The notes under the pieces are model-generated. The model had not been told where the DNA came from and searched no databases. It saw only the letters and a program-made list of their open reading frames with translations. From the NCBI GenBank assembly GCA_014905635.1, contig JABVCE010000019.1:434001-498000 (forward strand): DNA of 64,000 nt, written 5' to 3'. The position numbers and the translations under genes are program-made. Origin of the DNA: Scenedesmus sp. PABB004. Its lineage: Eukaryota. This document shows positions 62,212 to 64,000 of this stretch, piece after piece; position 1 is the stretch's first letter, and every line of letters begins with the position of its first letter.

Positions 62212-64000
62212 TCATGCGCCGCCCGCGGCGGCGGCGCCACAGTCGTCGCGCGGCGCGCAGGCGCAGCGGGCCTCGTCGAAGCCGGCGGGGCCGCAGCAGG
62301 ACGCAAAGTCAGCCACGCGCGCGCCGGTGGCGCGCTCGGTTGCGGCCCAGCGCCAGACGTCGGCCCCCACCTCGGCCTGGAACTTGCCGGCCGGGTCCAG
62401 GGTTGCAACGGCGCAGCCGAACGAGCACCACGTCCGAGGGTGCTCCGTGGCGCCGTCGTAGCACCTGGCCGGCGCGGCGGCGTGGGCGCGCGCGACCGCA
62501 GCGGCGCGCGGCGGCACACGGCGCGCGCGGCGGCACTCGGCGCGCGAGTCGCACCTGCCGTGCTGCGGCCAGCCCGCCTTGCCGAGGTGGAGGCGCGCGT
62601 TGCCGCAGACGGGCGATCGGAAGACCGACATCACTGCGGCGGGCGGAGACGGAGGTGGCGGCTGGGAGCGAGCCCTGGGCGTTGGAGGTCTGACCAGGGC
62701 CTGACCGGCGCGCGCCGCCGCCGCGGCGGCGAGCTCTCGGGGCGAGAGCGGGGCGGCGAGGCCGCGTGCGTGCGGGGGCGTGGCGGGAACTCAACCCTCC
62801 CGGGCGGCGCAGGCGGGCTCCGTCGCCGCGGCGAGCTCTGCGTCCACGGCGCACCGGCTTGGAAGTCGTCGTTGGGGCGCCCCGTGGCGTATGTGAGGTG
62901 GTCCTCCAGGTTGACGTACATCACCGGGCCGCCCTCCGCGGGCGACAGGTACGCGCGCTCGCCTGCGCCGGCGCGGCGGCACGCGGCGGCGGCGCGCGCG
63001 CGCGGGGGAGGTCGCGGCCGGCGGCGGGACAGGTCGCGCGGCGGGCGCGCGCCGGCCGGCGGCCGCCGCGGCGCCGCCCCGGGGGACCGCCCCCGCGGCG
63101 TGGCACCCTGGCGGGCCGCCCCCGCGGCGCACCCTTTATGAAGCGCACGAGCGCGGGCGCCCGGAAGCCCCGCCACGCGGCGCGCGGCCCGTACAGCACG
63201 GCCGTGACTGCGGCGAGGCACTCGCCCGCGCGCGCGAGCGGCACCGCGACCTGCGCAGGCCGCGCGCGCGCGCGCGCGCGCGGTGGCGACGCCGGCGGCG
63301 GCGGCGGCGGCGGCGTGGCCTGATGCCAGCCGGCAGCCTGCGGGCTGGTGCGCGCGCGCACGCACGCCGCGGCGGCGCAGAGCTGCCCCCCCCCCCCCCC
63401 AGGCCCCGGCCGCGCACCTCGTACTGGTCTGGGCGTGCGCGCGCGCGTCCATGCGCGGCGGGGCGGCGGGCATGTGTGAGCGCACGCCTGTCCCTCGCAG
63501 CGCTGGCGGCGCGCGCGAGCGGCGGCGCGCGCGCGTGTGGCGGCTCAGCGGCGCGCACCGTAGGAGTTGAACACGGCGTGCATGCGGTTCTCCACCTCGC
63601 TGATGCTCAGGTAGGACCTGCGGGGCGGCGGCAGCGGTTCAGGGCTCCGTACAGCGGAGGGACGCGCGCGCAGACCCCTCACGGGCTGCGCCCGGGCGCG
63701 CTGAGGCGTGGCGCGTGGGAGCATGGCCAGCTCCGGGACCGAGCCCGCGCCGGGGCTCACTCGCGCGCGGGCAGCGTGGCGGGCTGGACGTTGATCGACA
63801 GGTAGAGGCGGTACTGCTCCGACCACCAGCGTGGGTTGGCCTCGATGCCGACGCCTGCACCGCACCGCGGTTTTGACCGCGCGCGCGTGTGTTTGACCGC
63901 ATGCGTTTGACCGCGCGGCCGACGGTGGCGCGCCCCGCACGGGCGGGCGCGCGCGCACCCGTGCCCGCGCTCGCGACGGAGAGCTGCGCGTGCGCGCCGC
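62212..64000 (-). CDS. FAD-linked aldonolactone oxidase (GulLO/ALO-like), 3' part
   Basis: DQYE|VAVPL, GFRAPALVRF, YLSP, YVNLED, ARLHLGKAGW, LDPAGKF, Cys-rich tail. The 5' end lies beyond the window. Confidence 0.75.

Overview
Gene-dense, intron-rich, extremely GC-rich eukaryotic nuclear DNA, most consistent with a chlorophyte green alga (nuclear psbO, PLATZ, plastid-type SufE, TGTAA poly(A) signals, TTTAGGG motifs). Most long ORFs in the six-frame track are GC artefacts; I rebuilt genes by hand-splicing conserved motifs. There are about 19 protein genes: a partial secreted protein, S9 oligopeptidase B, PP2C-kinase fusion, SufE, MetAP2, an RFxV-motif orphan, PFK-2/FBPase-2, PLATZ, a secreted Cys-rich protein, PsbO, a JmjC protein, an AEC/PIN-like transporter with MORN repeats, an M43 protease, an alpha/beta hydrolase, SPC3, MAPEG, SMG7/EST1, an M14 carboxypeptidase and a partial lactone oxidase. 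There is also one tRNA-Ile(UAU) with a nested cluster of non-LTR retroelement relics just upstream. The most notable signals are in the introns: many AG|GC donors, polarized telomere-like motifs at intron ends, copies of neighbouring exon ends inside introns, and a ~400-nt multi-hairpin element in a MetAP2 intron whose G-U pairs favour an antisense RNA. Gene coordinates are start-to-stop spans including introns, derived by eye.
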